A stretch of DNA of 58,511 nucleotides, filler included, from Mitosporidium daphniae (Eukaryota), in the NCBI RefSeq assembly GCF_000760515.2. It is 3 parts of 3 records of this genome, joined end to end, with 100 filler letters (N's around TTAATTAATTAA, not from the genome) between each part and the next. Parts side by side here need not be neighbours in the genome. Positions count along the whole stretch, not along the records: positions 1 to 19,998 come from NW_013546131.1; 2 more parts are not named here. One strand, 5' to 3'. The translations under genes and the position numbers were made by a program. Below, piece by piece: positions 1 through 11,924 of the stretch. The notes beneath the pieces are model-generated. The model was not told where the DNA came from and did not search any database. It saw only the letters and a list, made by a program, of their open reading frames with translations. The first letter of the stretch is position 1; each line of letters starts with the position of its first letter.

Positions 1-1164
1 AGTAATCAGTTGCATTAGAAGAAAAATATTGGATGCACATGGGAGAAGAAGGGCTGGAAAGGTAATCGTAAGCTTACCTTTTTTTTGAGAGAGGATTTTG
101 AGTGCTTGAGTAAGATATTGAAGCATCGAGAATAAAGACGAGATCACAGTGAGTACTAAACAAAGACTTCCTTTAGCTTCTTCGTCGCTAAAGAAAAAGA
201 CAAGAGTACACGAAACCCAAAGACCAATACAAGTCGGTATGGAACCTACCATGCCAATCTTCTTAAGGATACGATAGCAAAACAGGAGCTTGGGGCCCAT
301 CAAGCCCGCTCTTTTGGATTCATTTTCACTCGAAAATATAACCTTAATTTCATCATCAAGTTTAAATGTATCCTCACGAGTAGATTTTATCAAGCTATTC
401 TGGTGATTCTCTGGATCCTCTGGATCCTCTGGATCCTCTGGATCCTCTTGATTCTCTGGATCCTCTGGATCCTCTTGATTCTCTTGATTCTCTTGATTCT
501 CTTGATCCTCTTGATTCTCTTGATTCTCTTGATTCTCTTGATTCTCTGAATCCTCTTGATCCTCTGAATACTCTGAATCCTCTTGATTCCCTGAATCCTC
601 TTGATTCCCTGAATCCTCTTGATTCTCTGGATCCTCTTGATTCTCTGGATCCTCTTGATTCTCTGGATCCTCTGGATTCTCTTCATTCGGGATACCAGAA
701 CTGGTGGTAGCATATTTTTTTTTAAGATTATTCGAAAGATCTAGATATCTATAAACAAGAAACTCAATTGAAGAAGTAAACGTAGTTGTCAAGAGTATAT
801 AGAAAAACGGAAATTTCACAAAAAAATCAACACCTATGGGCTTTGATTCAATTTTGGTATAATAATTGGCATACAAGAAGTTAAGATGCCACATGAAAAA
901 GGCTGAAGAAGATGCAAAAAGGCTTGAAATAATATAAAATGGAGATGTCCCTTTTAGCCCATCCCTCAAAAAGGTATTGCACTGGTTAACCGAGATAATG
1001 AAAGCCACAGTGGGAAACGCTACAGCGATCAAAAGTGTGATCCAAAAGCTCTCATAAAAATAAAACCCAAACGTAGGGGTGGATGTTGCATTTGCAGTCG
1101 ATATTGTATGGTCTAAAATCGATGAAGCATTATTTGCGACTAGCTGGCTCACCGTTGAGTACAT
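1..1164 (-). CDS. PQ-loop-like multi-pass membrane protein with an acidic repeat insertion (3' end runs off the window)
   Basis: Open frame from ATG at 1164 to the window edge (MYSTVSQL...). It has two PQ-loop-like segments (AFIISVNQCNTFLRDGLKGTSPFYII; SMLQYLTQALKILSQKKGKLTITFP) and several hydrophobic helices. It is missing from the ORF track because there is no stop within the window. Confidence 0.65.
   Translation of the reverse strand, partial: MYSTVSQLVANNASSILDHTISTANATSTPTFGFYFYESFWITLLIAVAFPTVAFIISVNQCNTFLRDGLKGTSPFYIISSLFASSSAFFMWHLNFLYANYYTKIESKPIGVDFFVKFPFFYILLTTTFTSSIEFLVYRYLDLSNNLKKKYATTSSGIPNEENPEDPENQEDPENQEDPENQEDSGNQEDSGNQEDSEYSEDQEDSENQENQENQENQEDQENQENQENQEDPEDPENQEDPEDPEDPEDPENHQNSLIKSTREDTFKLDDEIKVIFSSENESKRAGLMGPKLLFCYRILKKIGMVGSIPTCIGLWVSCTLVFFFSDEEAKGSLCLVLTVISSLFSMLQYLTQALKILSQKKGKLTITFPALLLPCASNIFLLMQLIT
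402..685. repeat. 9-bp coding tandem repeat, about 30 units (GATCCTCTG/GATTCTCTT variants)
   Basis: Directly visible. It encodes EDP/ENQ tripeptides in the frame of the 1164 ORF. Confidence 0.95.
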
Positions 1165-1654
1165 AGTTGCAGAATGCGTGGCGGGGATTTAATTTGAAAA
1201 GTTTAAATTAATTTTTTATAATTTAATCGATGAATTCAAGTTTAGATGAGCTTATTGCTGCAAATAGGAAGCCAAAGAACCACCCGAAGGTTTTTAATGC
1301 ATTTTTATTTCAGGGAACTTACAAAAAGCCTCATATTAAGAAAGTACCGGCAGTTCAGGCAACTTCAAATAGAAAATCGTATATCCATTAATTCATTTAT
1401 TGTGGTAGTGAACCGCCAATCCAAATAACAGTTAGAAATCGTGCCGCTGCTCGAAAGAACACAAGCCGACCAGAACGTCATGCCCGTAGCCAAAAGCCAA
1501 AGCCATCTACTCTTTTAATCACAGTTTCTCCCAATTCTAGCACTCCACCACTTGCGTCTAGGTTTAAGCTCACAAAGAAAAATCCACCTATTGTTATTAG
1601 GAAAATTTAAGAAATAAAATTTGACGAGCAGAGTTTAAATTAATTTTATTTTCA

Positions 1655-2254
1655 ATGTCAAATTCATTTATTTCTGCTGGCTCTTCTTTGTCAGCCTCAG
1701 CGGGTAAGAGTACTCGTGTCAGCCACCAAGCCGTTTCAAACTGGAATGGATTTTCGTCTCTCTTCTCGAAAGAAAAGATTATTTTGAATTTCAAATCTCG
1801 ACATATTTGGCATTCCTTTCTTGATGTTTACAAATATAGCGCTCCGCCTACCATTCAAGAAGCGAAGCGAAGAATCGAACTAAACGCGTCCGCATATTAC
1901 CTTCAATATTCTCTCATAGCTGCTCTTATTCTTATCCTTACAGTTCTTTCAAATGGATGGAGATCAATTTTTGTTTTTTCGTTTATCATTTTTGGCATTC
2001 TTGGTATTTTGTATAGCTGGCCTCGCCGTACACATGCCCTGATTCTCCCAACTCCCTTTGACGGGATACAAGTTTCGTGGCATGCTGCCATTTCGCTATG
2101 GGCGTTTATTTCTCTACTTTCAATACTTTCCACCGGCATCTGGATCGTCTTTCCGATAGCACTTGGATTTTCTACATTCATCATTGGGATCCACGGCATT
2201 TTCCACTCTTACGAGCCCAATTTAGATGTGGATGCTCCGGATGGAATTGTGTAA
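1655..2254 (+). CDS. PRA1 family (prenylated Rab acceptor, Yip3-like) protein
   Basis: PPTIQEAKRRIELNASAYYLQY motif, two long hydrophobic hairpins, C-terminal IHGIFH. Confidence 0.8.
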   Translation: MSNSFISAGSSLSASAGKSTRVSHQAVSNWNGFSSLFSKEKIILNFKSRHIWHSFLDVYKYSAPPTIQEAKRRIELNASAYYLQYSLIAALILILTVLSNGWRSIFVFSFIIFGILGILYSWPRRTHALILPTPFDGIQVSWHAAISLWAFISLLSILSTGIWIVFPIALGFSTFIIGIHGIFHSYEPNLDVDAPDGIV

Positions 2255-2280
2255 AGTGTATTAAATATTTTGTAAATAAG

Positions 2281-4299
2281 TTAACAGGTTTTGGAAGAAT
2301 AAGCATCCATCATGGAGTTGATGAGCTTAATCTCCGATTCCAAGAATGTCCAATTCCCAACGGCCGGGTCATTTGGCTGGTACAATGACGGAACATCGGC
2401 ATAAGGTGACAAGCTCTTCGAATTTACAGTTGCCGAGTTCAACCCAAATGGGATGCGACCATCAATTTCAAAGGAACAAGTTCCCGACTCGAATATTCCA
2501 GGTGAAAACAATTGGGAAAATTTGTTTTCGCTTGAAGAACCGGTTCGAACTTTTTCGCCATCAATATCGCTTAGTGCAATGATGCTGGATTTTTCTGAGG
2601 AGAATGTGAAATCTTTTTCAAGCGAAGAAAGGGAAAGTGGCGACAACAGTTGCGAATACGCAACGAGCTCCGAAAGTGACGGGGAAATAAGCTCGTCCTC
2701 TCGCTCTGGAACCAAAGCATGCAGACCGGGTTCATTCTCTAGCCTCATTAACGACTGAATTGGCTGGGCTAAGCAAGAGTATTTTTTCTTTGGCAGCAGC
2801 ATCATAGCATAAGCCCCAGGAACAAGAAGCGAAGGATCTGGAGATCCACAAATGGGTGTCTTTGCATGCTTGTGTGTTGGCTTCCATGAAATAATGTCGT
2901 CAATAGACGGCGATAATACGCGATCCAAGAAAAAGAACCTACAAACCCCTGTGAAAATAATATCTAGATTAGAGACTAAAATTGAGAGATACGAGTCAAT
3001 TGAGCAAGGCTTTAAGGGGGGCGACATATTTTTGTCCGAGTCCCCTTTGCGATTGTCTTTTCCTTCGATATCGGAATCAAATACGCTTGCAGTTTCTGGA
3101 TACTCGGAAAAGATCTCGGGGTCCGGCATATTCTTGCTTGAGCACTGACAAAAGGATAAGAAATTTTGTAAAGCCTCGACATTAATGGAGCGGTTCGATC
3201 TATCAATTAACTTCCATTCAAGCACGTTGGAAAAGCTTTTCGTCCACGTGATAAAACACGTCCATGAATAGGTTAGGCTTGGCATTCCTTGGAGTCTAGA
3301 GACATAATCAGACCCGACACATAAAAGCGAAAGCAAAAAGAGACCATCTCGAAGCTCTAGAAAGCCTGTGGGATTTATTAGAGCAAGGGACTTTATAATT
3401 GAATGCGGAGAAAAAAGACTATTTTTATGCGTAGAATATGACACGTCGACCGTGAATAACGACTGGATCGGATAGGCTAGCGTCATTAACATCGAGTCTG
3501 CATCTGAGGCACATAAAAGTCTGCGCGTTTCATAAAAGTTGCGGGGACCTCCCCTCATAAGTTTAGAAAGCGAAATCGAAGACGAAGAAGCAAAAGGAGA
3601 AGCAGAGGTTCTCAATGCTGAGAATTGCTCATTAATCGAGATTTTCAGGTGTTGGATGTTCTTCCACTCCGCTTCTCCTGCTCTACAGGCACTATCTATA
3701 ACGACAAAGGAATTTTTCTTGCTATGAGGGTTTGTGTGCATGGAGTTCTGTTGCATCAGAAAATCTTTAGCAATCCAAAACAGACATCGCTCGATTAAAA
3801 ACATCAATGATGATCCCGGTGTCAGTGCTTCCCTTCCAAAAGTCTCGGAGCCCATATTTGAGGTCTTGTCGTAGCGAAATCGCCTTCTTTTTTGAAGCTC
3901 CCATTTTACCAATGGAGCTATTCCGTCAAGAGCAATAAACAGACGGGACGCGCCTTGATATCGCTTCATAATCAGGAACATGACGTGATACAATTGCTCA
4001 AAGAGCGGCACCATGGCCAATGATTTAATTTGCGCATCTGTAATGATAGGATTTGGTGTTTTTGAGCATGACTCTGCTGAATGAAGTTGGCCAAGCATTT
4101 GTTGGATCTTGGTACTAACTGCCCCTGTGAGATGTTTCCGTGAAAGATTGTGGATAATGCCATTCATATCGAAATATATCTCAGCCACAGGCTCTCTATA
4201 CAATTAACGGTCCAATGTTTGGCATTACTTTGGCTTATGGTTAATGAAAGCAGATGGAAATTGCTTTTTGAGAAATCCAGAGAGCCCTCTGACCCCCAT
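2281..4299 (-). CDS. Divergent XRN-family 5'-3' exoribonuclease (one 33-nt intron near the 5' end)
   Basis: MGVRGLSGFLKK start at 4299. XRN motifs YFDMNGIIH, ALDGIAP, ALTPGS, GEAE, DAD and GSDY. Confidence 0.8.
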
Positions 4300-4644
4300 G
4301 GCAATAAAATTTAAATTTACATTTAAATTTGAAAATATACAAGGAAATCGTTGCAAAAGACCAGTCAAGGCTAGCTGTTTGGCGACAGCATTCGATATTT
4401 GCTATTGGGCTGGCCATGTAAATGCGCTTGGCCCAAATTGCGATTAAACATTAATCGTCCGAAAAGCAATTATTGGTTAAACGGCTAAATTTAAAGTTTT
4501 ACCACTCATTTACGAATTGTCTACAAAAGAAATCTTCCATGCTGCAATCGGTGGCTGGTTGGTTATAACAATTCAAACTGAAGGATCCGACTTCGGAGAT
4601 TTATAGCACTCTTCCGACAAACTCAGCAGCCAAAAGCAGCAGTC

Positions 4645-4968
4645 TCAAAAACTGTGGTGGTAGGCCAGCCTCTTCATGGGAGCGGTACTAACGAGAATTT
4701 CAATCCCGTTTCCTTCAAGCTTAAAATCGTTGATATCTTTAACAGCGTTCGAAATAAAAGATTTTTCGGCAACATCACAAGCAGATGCTGCCGTTAATTC
4801 TTGGAGCTTGCGTCTAAGAATTGAGTTTTCCACTTCAAGCTGAATATTACGACTGCACAGCTGCTGCATCATTTCTTGTCTCTTAGTCCGTGATGCATCA
4901 GCAGAAATCCTGTTCATAATTCGGCGGTGGTATAGTTTCGAGGGATCAGGTGGCTTTTTTGATTTCAT
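4645..4968 (-). CDS. bZIP transcription factor
   Basis: Basic region RRIMNRISADASRTKRQ followed by leucine heptads (L...LEVENSILRRKLQEL). Confidence 0.75.
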   Translation of the reverse strand: MKSKKPPDPSKLYHRRIMNRISADASRTKRQEMMQQLCSRNIQLEVENSILRRKLQELTAASACDVAEKSFISNAVKDINDFKLEGNGIEILVSTAPMKRLAYHHSF

Positions 4969-5089
4969 CCTTGGATGATTTTAAAAAGCTTACCCGCAAA
5001 TGTAAATTTAATTTTAATTTTAAATTTTAAATTCGATTATTCAACGGCAATTTAGACCCCCCCCCTCGATTGGTATATTTTTCAAAGGT

Positions 5090-6340
5090 GGGCCTCTTTT
5101 GTTGCTGTGCAATGGCGCTGCGGCTTTGACGATTCTTATTTTTGCAGCCCCTTCTATTTTCAAGTCTTTCTCTCAAAGACAAGGGCTTTCCATCTCTCTG
5201 GCAATTTTTTCAACATATATTTCACAAGCGGCCTTCTATTTTATCTCAAAATCTTCCTCAAAAGAGGTATGTTTTTAATCGATATATTAAGAAACGCCTG
5301 TTTAAAGTACTAGAAACCTTTTTGGCACTGACTTCGGTGTACATTGGTCTTCAATGGATGCCTTCTTCGTTTCTTGTGATATACGAGCACTTGATCGTTA
5401 TAAGCCATCCGTTGATGACGCTGCTTGAAGGGTTCTGCTTTATGATTGTTCTCCTCTCGTTCGGGCAATGGTTGATAAATTTAATAACAAAGCTTGACGA
5501 ATCGGAAGATCAAACATCGCTAACGGTGGTTAAGGTTTGCTTTTCTGATCGGCTTACTTGTCGTAGGTGCTTGTGCTACTTTTGTCGTCTGCCATTTTTA
5601 TTGGATCAATCTATTGGATATATGCTATAATCTCGAGCGGGACCATTACACGGATCTCAACGGCGCTTCTTTCCTCAAGTATTACTCTTTTTTGCGTCCT
5701 TTTTACCATTTCGCTATTTGCCAGCGATACGCAGATGATAATCTCGGATTCTGTTCTGGTCCTTCTATATCTGGCATACAATGTTTGGATTATGTCTAGA
5801 AGCTCGTTGAGAGCTAGTCCCTTGACTAAGAACCAGGTGCCCGTTTTTGCAAAATGGAAGCCAGGCTCTTTTTCGGCAGCAAACTCGGGGTTCCTAGCCA
5901 TGAAAGATGTGTTCTACGAATTGCTGTCAATAGTGGCCACTCCCTTTCTTTCGCTTTACTCTTCCACAATATCGATTCCGATCAATTCGATTGTGGATCA
6001 GTCTTTAAAATCTTGGAGCGTTGAAATCATTTTAAATTTTCTACTAAGAGTCTCTTTGTTTATCCTTGTTCCAAAACTAGTGGAATCTAACGGCAACGAG
6101 GAGGAAGAGGAGGAACGAATAGGCGAGACCCTCAATTCTATAGGGAAGGCGTGTCTTGTCCTTGTATATACCCACTCTGGCGGATTTACCTACGACAACA
6201 ATGTTGTCTCGTTTTTTCCAAACGTCCCGCAGGTTCTTTCTGCCATTTGCGAGAGCCAATATTGGCGCTGGGCCAACGTATATTTCGTGCTGGCACTGTA
6301 TCTTATCGCTATCTTGAACAGTAGAAGGGAGCTAGGCTGA
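5090..6340 (+). CDS. ICE2: ICE2-family ER membrane protein (spliced; start codon unresolved)
   Basis: Motifs GLSISLAIFSTY, HPLMTLLEGFCFMIVLLSFGQ, ISDSVLVLLYLAY, LVLVYT and WRWANV. Introns at about 5268-5292 and 5534-5566. Confidence 0.65.
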
Positions 6341-6487
6341 TCTCGAATGGAATTTCCCAATGCTTGCCAATTTCAAACTACATCAGAGCATTTGCAATCA
6401 ATTTGCTGTAAAATCTTGAGTGAGTAAAAATAAAAGCTTTCAAGGGGATAGAAAATGCATTGCTTTATTACACGAATTAATTGAAAG

Positions 6488-7615
6488 TTAGAATTCAGAA
6501 TCAAGGCTGAAGCGGCGGTCGGACGGCTTTTGCATCACGCCAGACTTTTGATATTCGCCAACTTTCTTTTCAAAAAAGTTGCTTTTTCCTGACATGGAAA
6601 TTAAATCCATGAAATCAAACGGGTTTTCGACATTATACAGTTTTGACAAACCAAGTGAGAGCAGAAGTCTATCGGCAACGAAGCAGATATACTGCTTCAT
6701 TAAGGTGGAATTCATACCAATTAGGTCGACCGGCAGAGAATCAACCAAAAAAGACTGTTCAATACTAACGGCCTCATCGATAATGGCATATATAATCGCC
6801 GGATCTGCCGGCTTTTTCAGGTGGGAATGTAATAGACAAGCAAACTCGGTATGTAGACCCTCGTCTCTACTGATCAGCTCGTTGGAAAAAGTAAGCCCAG
6901 GCATCAGACCGCGCTTTTTTATCCAAAAGATGGCTGCAAACGACCCGGAAAAGAATATGCCCTCAACTGCGGCAAATGCAACCAGTCTCTGCGAAAAGGG
7001 GGCATCTGGATTTGCAATCCAGTTCAAAGCCCATTTGGCTTTTTTTTCAATGCTAGGGATATATTCGATGGCGTTGAACAATTTTAGACGCTCCTGCTCA
7101 TCGCGAATATATGTGTCAATCAGAAGGGAATACATCTCAGAATGGATATTTTCCATCATGATTTGGAACCCGTAAAAGAAACGAGCCTCTGGGATTTGCA
7201 CCTCCCTAGCAAAGCGAACAACTAAATTTTCATTTACAATTCCATCGGAGGCTGCAAAAAAGGCCAAAACGTGAGAGATAAAATGGCGTTCCCCGTCATT
7301 CAGAGACGCCCAATGGGTTAGATCCTTTGACAGGTCCACCTCTTCGACCGTCCAGAAGGAAGCAACCGACTTTTTATAAAAAAGCCAGATTTCCTCATAT
7401 TTGATTGGAAAAATCACGAATCTGGAAGGATTATCTCTCAACAAAGGTTCCTCCTCCTCCTCAGCGGCATTTGCATCGACCATTTCCACTTTATCTATTG
7501 CATGCATGTTTTCCTTGTTGGTTTCATCGTGAATTCCATTGAAATCCGCTTTTAAATTGGGTTTCAAGCCCGTGCTGGATAGTTGTTTGCAGTTGAAAGA
7601 GGGTGAAGTAGACAT
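6488..7615 (-). CDS. RNR2: Ribonucleotide reductase small subunit
   Basis: [58 protein letters not shown]. Confidence 0.97.
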   Translation of the reverse strand: MSTSPSFNCKQLSSTGLKPNLKADFNGIHDETNKENMHAIDKVEMVDANAAEEEEEPLLRDNPSRFVIFPIKYEEIWLFYKKSVASFWTVEEVDLSKDLTHWASLNDGERHFISHVLAFFAASDGIVNENLVVRFAREVQIPEARFFYGFQIMMENIHSEMYSLLIDTYIRDEQERLKLFNAIEYIPSIEKKAKWALNWIANPDAPFSQRLVAFAAVEGIFFSGSFAAIFWIKKRGLMPGLTFSNELISRDEGLHTEFACLLHSHLKKPADPAIIYAIIDEAVSIEQSFLVDSLPVDLIGMNSTLMKQYICFVADRLLLSLGLSKLYNVENPFDFMDLISMSGKSNFFEKKVGEYQKSGVMQKPSDRRFSLDSEF

Positions 7616-7676
7616 TGAGTGCGCTGCAAAAAGCGACTCATACAAAATCAGTTAATTTTAACTTAAATTTTATAAA

Positions 7677-8385
7677 ATGAAGATGGCCGTGGTTTGTGCT
7701 AGTAATATGAACAGGTCTATGGAGACACACCATGCTCTGATGTATTATGTCTATTGCGTATTTTTAGGAAAAAAGGGATCAATATTTCCTCGTATGGAAC
7801 TAATTCCATGGTAAAGCTTCCCGGTCCCAGCGCCGACAGGCCCAATGTCTATCCATTCGGGACTGCATATGAGTTCATGTACAACGATCTCAAATCGAAG
7901 GACCTGCATTTGTAAGGATTTAGTGCTTATTTACAGATACACACAAAACGGCATCTTGTATATGTTAGAGCGCAACAAGGGCATTAAGACTTGTNCGGAG
8001 CGGTTTCAGGAGTGCAAAGACAAATTCGACATTGTTTTTTCTTGCGAAGAAAGATGCTTTGAAATCATCTGTGATGGTATTTATTTTGTATTTGATATTC
8101 CTTTCAGAATATTCGAGCCAATCTTCAATTCATCGCTCTGCCGGCCCGCAGGGATATTCACCTACCCTCCCAAAGCTCGTCTACGTGATAAATTTTGAAA
8201 TCAAAGACACGCAAGAGGATGCAACTGTTGGCGCTCGGTCTATCCTTCAAATGGCCCAGCAACTTCAGCCCATTTTTCATGCGCAGAGCGATGGCCAAAC
8301 CACTGCTTCCTTCGATTCGATTATTTTCTCGTTTCAGGAAAAATTTCCCGAACTCAACATTTGCTATGCGATTTTCTTCACTTAG
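7677..8385 (+). CDS. SSU72: Ssu72 RNA polymerase II CTD phosphatase (several short introns)
   Basis: MKMAVVCASNMNRSME catalytic CX5R motif, VKLPGPSADRPNVY, CEERCF, VINFEIKDTQEDATVGA. Confidence 0.92.
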
Positions 8386-8514
8386 AAAGTCATACGCTGT
8401 ACGATCGAGATTGAGGAGATCGTATATTTTATGCCATGTTATTTTATTTTATTTCATTTCAATAATAAGCTTACAAAGGTGGTGAGAGGAGCCATCAGCA
8501 GCGAGGAAAATAAA

Positions 8515-9554
8515 CTAGTGGGTAGAGTCCATTTTTAAAATCAAATCGTCGCATATAGCCATTAGCTCTTTGTTTTCTTGCGTTTTAGCCTCGATTGTAG
8601 ACTCTAGCGACTTGATTGTAAGCTCTGCGCGGGTGATTCTTGCTTTGAGGGCCGAGGATTCATTTGAGGCCTCTTGTCTGGCTCTGGTTACCTCGTTATT
8701 TGCCTCTGCGATTTTTTGTTCAGCTAAAAGCCGAAGAGATTCGTATTTTTGCCCGTTTCTCGAGATGTCTGCCTCAAGAGCAAGAATCGTGCCTCGCTGC
8801 AATTCTTCTGTCTACAGAAAAACGAATAAACACGTTCACGACAAACCTTTCGAAGCCCCTCATTAATAACCTTGATATCGTCAAATCGAGACTTGAGGTC
8901 GGAATATGATTGTTCCAGTTGAGATAGCTCTTTGACCAATCTCTTGTTCATGTTTGCAATATCGTCATTTGCCTTGGTAGCCCGAAGCTGCTGTAGCTCG
9001 ACGATCATTTTCTTCATCGCATCTTCATATTCGGCAACTATCGCCTTCATAGCATTGATCTCCGACCTCGCTGTAGTGCATTCCTTTTGTAAGTACATGA
9101 CTTGGGAGAAAGAGGAAGAATGTGAAGGTGAAGGTAAAGGCGATGAGACGAACTCGTTGTGTTGTTGCGATTTGCAGGGGGAGAGCAAAAGCGAGCCACA
9201 TGGGGAAAGCGGATGTAACTTACACGGTGATTTTCCACTTTGATCCGCCTCGCACTGTAACGGGAGAAATTCTATGTTGCTGATGATGTTTAATGCATTT
9301 TCTTCAATGAGAATGGTCGACACCTACGCAGCAATAAATTGGAAATAGCGACAAACCTCCTTGAATTCCTCGTCCTCGTCTCCCTGATCATGATCGCCAG
9401 TGGTGGCTCCCCCAGCCAGCTGCTGGCCTCCGCAAGGCGGGGTCTGATCACTGCCATTTACCTGAATGCCGGCCAAATCAATCGGTGTGCAGTCAAAGGA
9501 GATCGCATTGTAGCTAGCCGTATTCGCTATGGAGACATCGACATAGTCAGTCAT
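8515..9554 (-). CDS. TACC-domain coiled-coil protein (spliced)
   Basis: C-terminal ENKELMAICDDLILKM TACC signature and coiled coil. Confidence 0.8.
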
Positions 9555-9576
9555 TTATTTCAAAATTAAAATATAT

Positions 9577-9783
9577 TTACATTTCGGATCGTTGGAACAT
9601 CGTTTCTGAAAGAATCCTCTCAACCTCTTTGTTGACAAATTCGTATCTTGACGAGTCTATAAAGAGATTCTTGTCATCTATATCTTCGATCACAAAGTTG
9701 TGCTTTGAATCCAAATGCAGCACTATCTGTTTTATTGACTCGTCAGAGCACGTCAAAAGCATTCCCTTAATTGCCTGGACCAT
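9577..9783 (-). CDS. TFB5: TFIIH subunit Tfb5/TTDA
   Basis: MVQAIKGMLLTCSDESIKQIVLHLD...FVIEDIDDKNLFI, 68 aa. Confidence 0.9.
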   Translation of the reverse strand: MVQAIKGMLLTCSDESIKQIVLHLDSKHNFVIEDIDDKNLFIDSSRYEFVNKEVERILSETMFQRSEM

Positions 9784-9814
9784 TCCAAAATTAAAATTTA
9801 TTGCGCAAAACGAT

Positions 9815-11650
9815 TTAAATGGACGCTCCGGAAAATTTTGCCCTCAAAAGAGCAATTTCTTTATCGTCAAGATGACGGAACAGATATTCTGGAGTTCCAA
9901 GTATGTGTCCGCCAGGAATATCATCGAGTTTCAACGGTAGCTCACCGGATGTAGGGATCTTTCTCAGTGGGACATTCAGTTGGCGGCAGATGCTTGCAGA
10001 GGTCTCTGGAATAAATGGGTATAGAAGAGCTGCAATAAGATAAATAGAATTGAGCGAGAGATTGATCAAGGTATCACATTCGCTTCTTGATCCTTCAAAA
10101 AGGGAGGAAGACAGGCGTGCTGCGGTAATGAAGGTGTTTGTCAGATTTCCAATTATCATCACATCCTTCAGGGCAGCTTTGAGCTTAATATCTTCCATTT
10201 GACAAATATATGATGCCACGTGCTCGTTAACGTCTCCAATAAACTTTTCGAAAATGGAAAAAGTTTTCAACTCGCTCAATTGAGAGCTAGGTGCCGAGGA
10301 TTTGTAAATCTTGGTAACAAATTTAACAATCCTAGAGACGAGATTGCCAATATTTCCCAAAAGGTCGCCATTGTTTTTGGCTTGCAAGTCATCCCATGAA
10401 AAAACAGAGTCTGAGCTTTCAGGGCGGTTGATAAGCAAGTAGTAACGCCACACAGACTGCGAAATGTTTGTCTTTGCCGCCTGATCGCCAAATACTCCGA
10501 TGTTTCTTGACTTTGAAAACTTTCCATCTTCATAATTCAAATACTCAGTGGTGCTTATGGATTTGAGCATCGTGTAGGGCTCCCCAGTGCCAAGCAAAGA
10601 AGACGGAAAAACAACCGTATGGAAGGGAACGTTGTCCTTGCCCATGAATTGGACAAGCTCGACATCGTTTGGATTCATCCACCATTTTTTCCATTCTGTG
10701 CAATTACTTGCTGCAAGGTAATTTGCCGTGATCGAAATGTATCCAATACACGCGTCAAACCAAACATAGAATACTTTGTTTGGAAAATCTGGAACGGCAG
10801 TTCCCCACTTCAGGTCTCGAGTGATGCACCGCGGAGTTAGCCCCTTAGAAAACCAAGCCTCGCTTATATCTACTGCGTTGGAGGACCATTTGGCCATAGC
10901 TTTATCAGATGTAGCTTTAAGCCAGTTATGGCATTGCTCCTGCAAAGATGGAAGGTTCAAAAAGTGATGGCTCGATTGACGGACTTTTGGAGTATTGGAA
11001 TCCAATTTGCAACGGGGATCTTTCAACTCGGTCACTGCGTTCAGCAGGCGGCCGCATTTATCACACTGATCACCACGAGCATCAAGATACCCGCAAAAGC
11101 CGCATGTGCCCTCAATAAAACGGTCTGCAAGAAAACGCGAGCACGAATCACAAAAGAGCTGCTCAACGGTATCTTCATAGATAAATCCATTGCACTTTAA
11201 GGCCGAATAAATCGATTGTGTAATTTCGGTTTGCAAGGGCGTGGCGGTGCGTCCAAAATAGTCCATATCGATGCCAAACCACTTGTAGACATCTTTATGC
11301 ACCTCATAATATTTGCTGCAAAGTTCTTCGCAAGAAACGCCGTCCTGAAGGGCTTTGGTTTCCGTTGCCGTTCCATATTCGTCTGTACCGCATATGAAAA
11401 GTGCATTGTATCCGATGGAGCGGCAATATCGGGCATACACATCAGCTGACAAAACGCTTCCGATGATATTTCCCAAATGCGGCACATTGTTAACATAGGG
11501 TAGCGCTGCGGTGATAAGAACATTTCGTTGTCCCGCCTTGGGTAATCTGCTAATAAGCTACAATGCGACCTACATGACGTTGGGACGAAGCTCGTTAAAG
11601 CAAACAGAAGATTCCTTGATATTGCTAGCAAGAGCGCAATTTCCTACCAT
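9815..11650 (-). CDS. MES1: Methionyl-tRNA synthetase (one short intron near the 5' end)
   Basis: ITAALPYVNNVPHLGN (HIGH-like), GTDEYGT, zinc knuckle, YVWFDA, KFSKS. Confidence 0.96.
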
Positions 11651-11924
11651 TCTTATCAAGCGCAGATTATGAAGATTGGTAAAGGGACGGGCCTTCAGAA
11701 AAAAAGCTGCTATGACTTTAAAAATATCATCACCGCTAACACACCGTCTAAAGTTTACAATTTTAATTTTCTTATGGGTTCCAAATCTAGAATATCTCCA
11801 CTGATTGGTTATAACTGTGACATAGAATGACATCATGCTTAATTCATCAACTCCATAGAGATAGGAATTCTTAATCGTAAAGCCGCTTTTTTTGACGATC
11901 TGATATCGCCTTTTTAATTGCTCT

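Noticed and set aside
390..713. ORF-track protein (RIQRIK)n
   Set aside because: It is an alternative frame of the 9-bp repeat; the longer membrane-protein frame explains the region.
4620..4968. bZIP as HAC1/XBP1 with Ire1 sites (two CTGCTG motifs)
   Set aside because: The motifs lie downstream of the stop codon, the stems are weak, and the basic region lacks clear Hac1 signatures.
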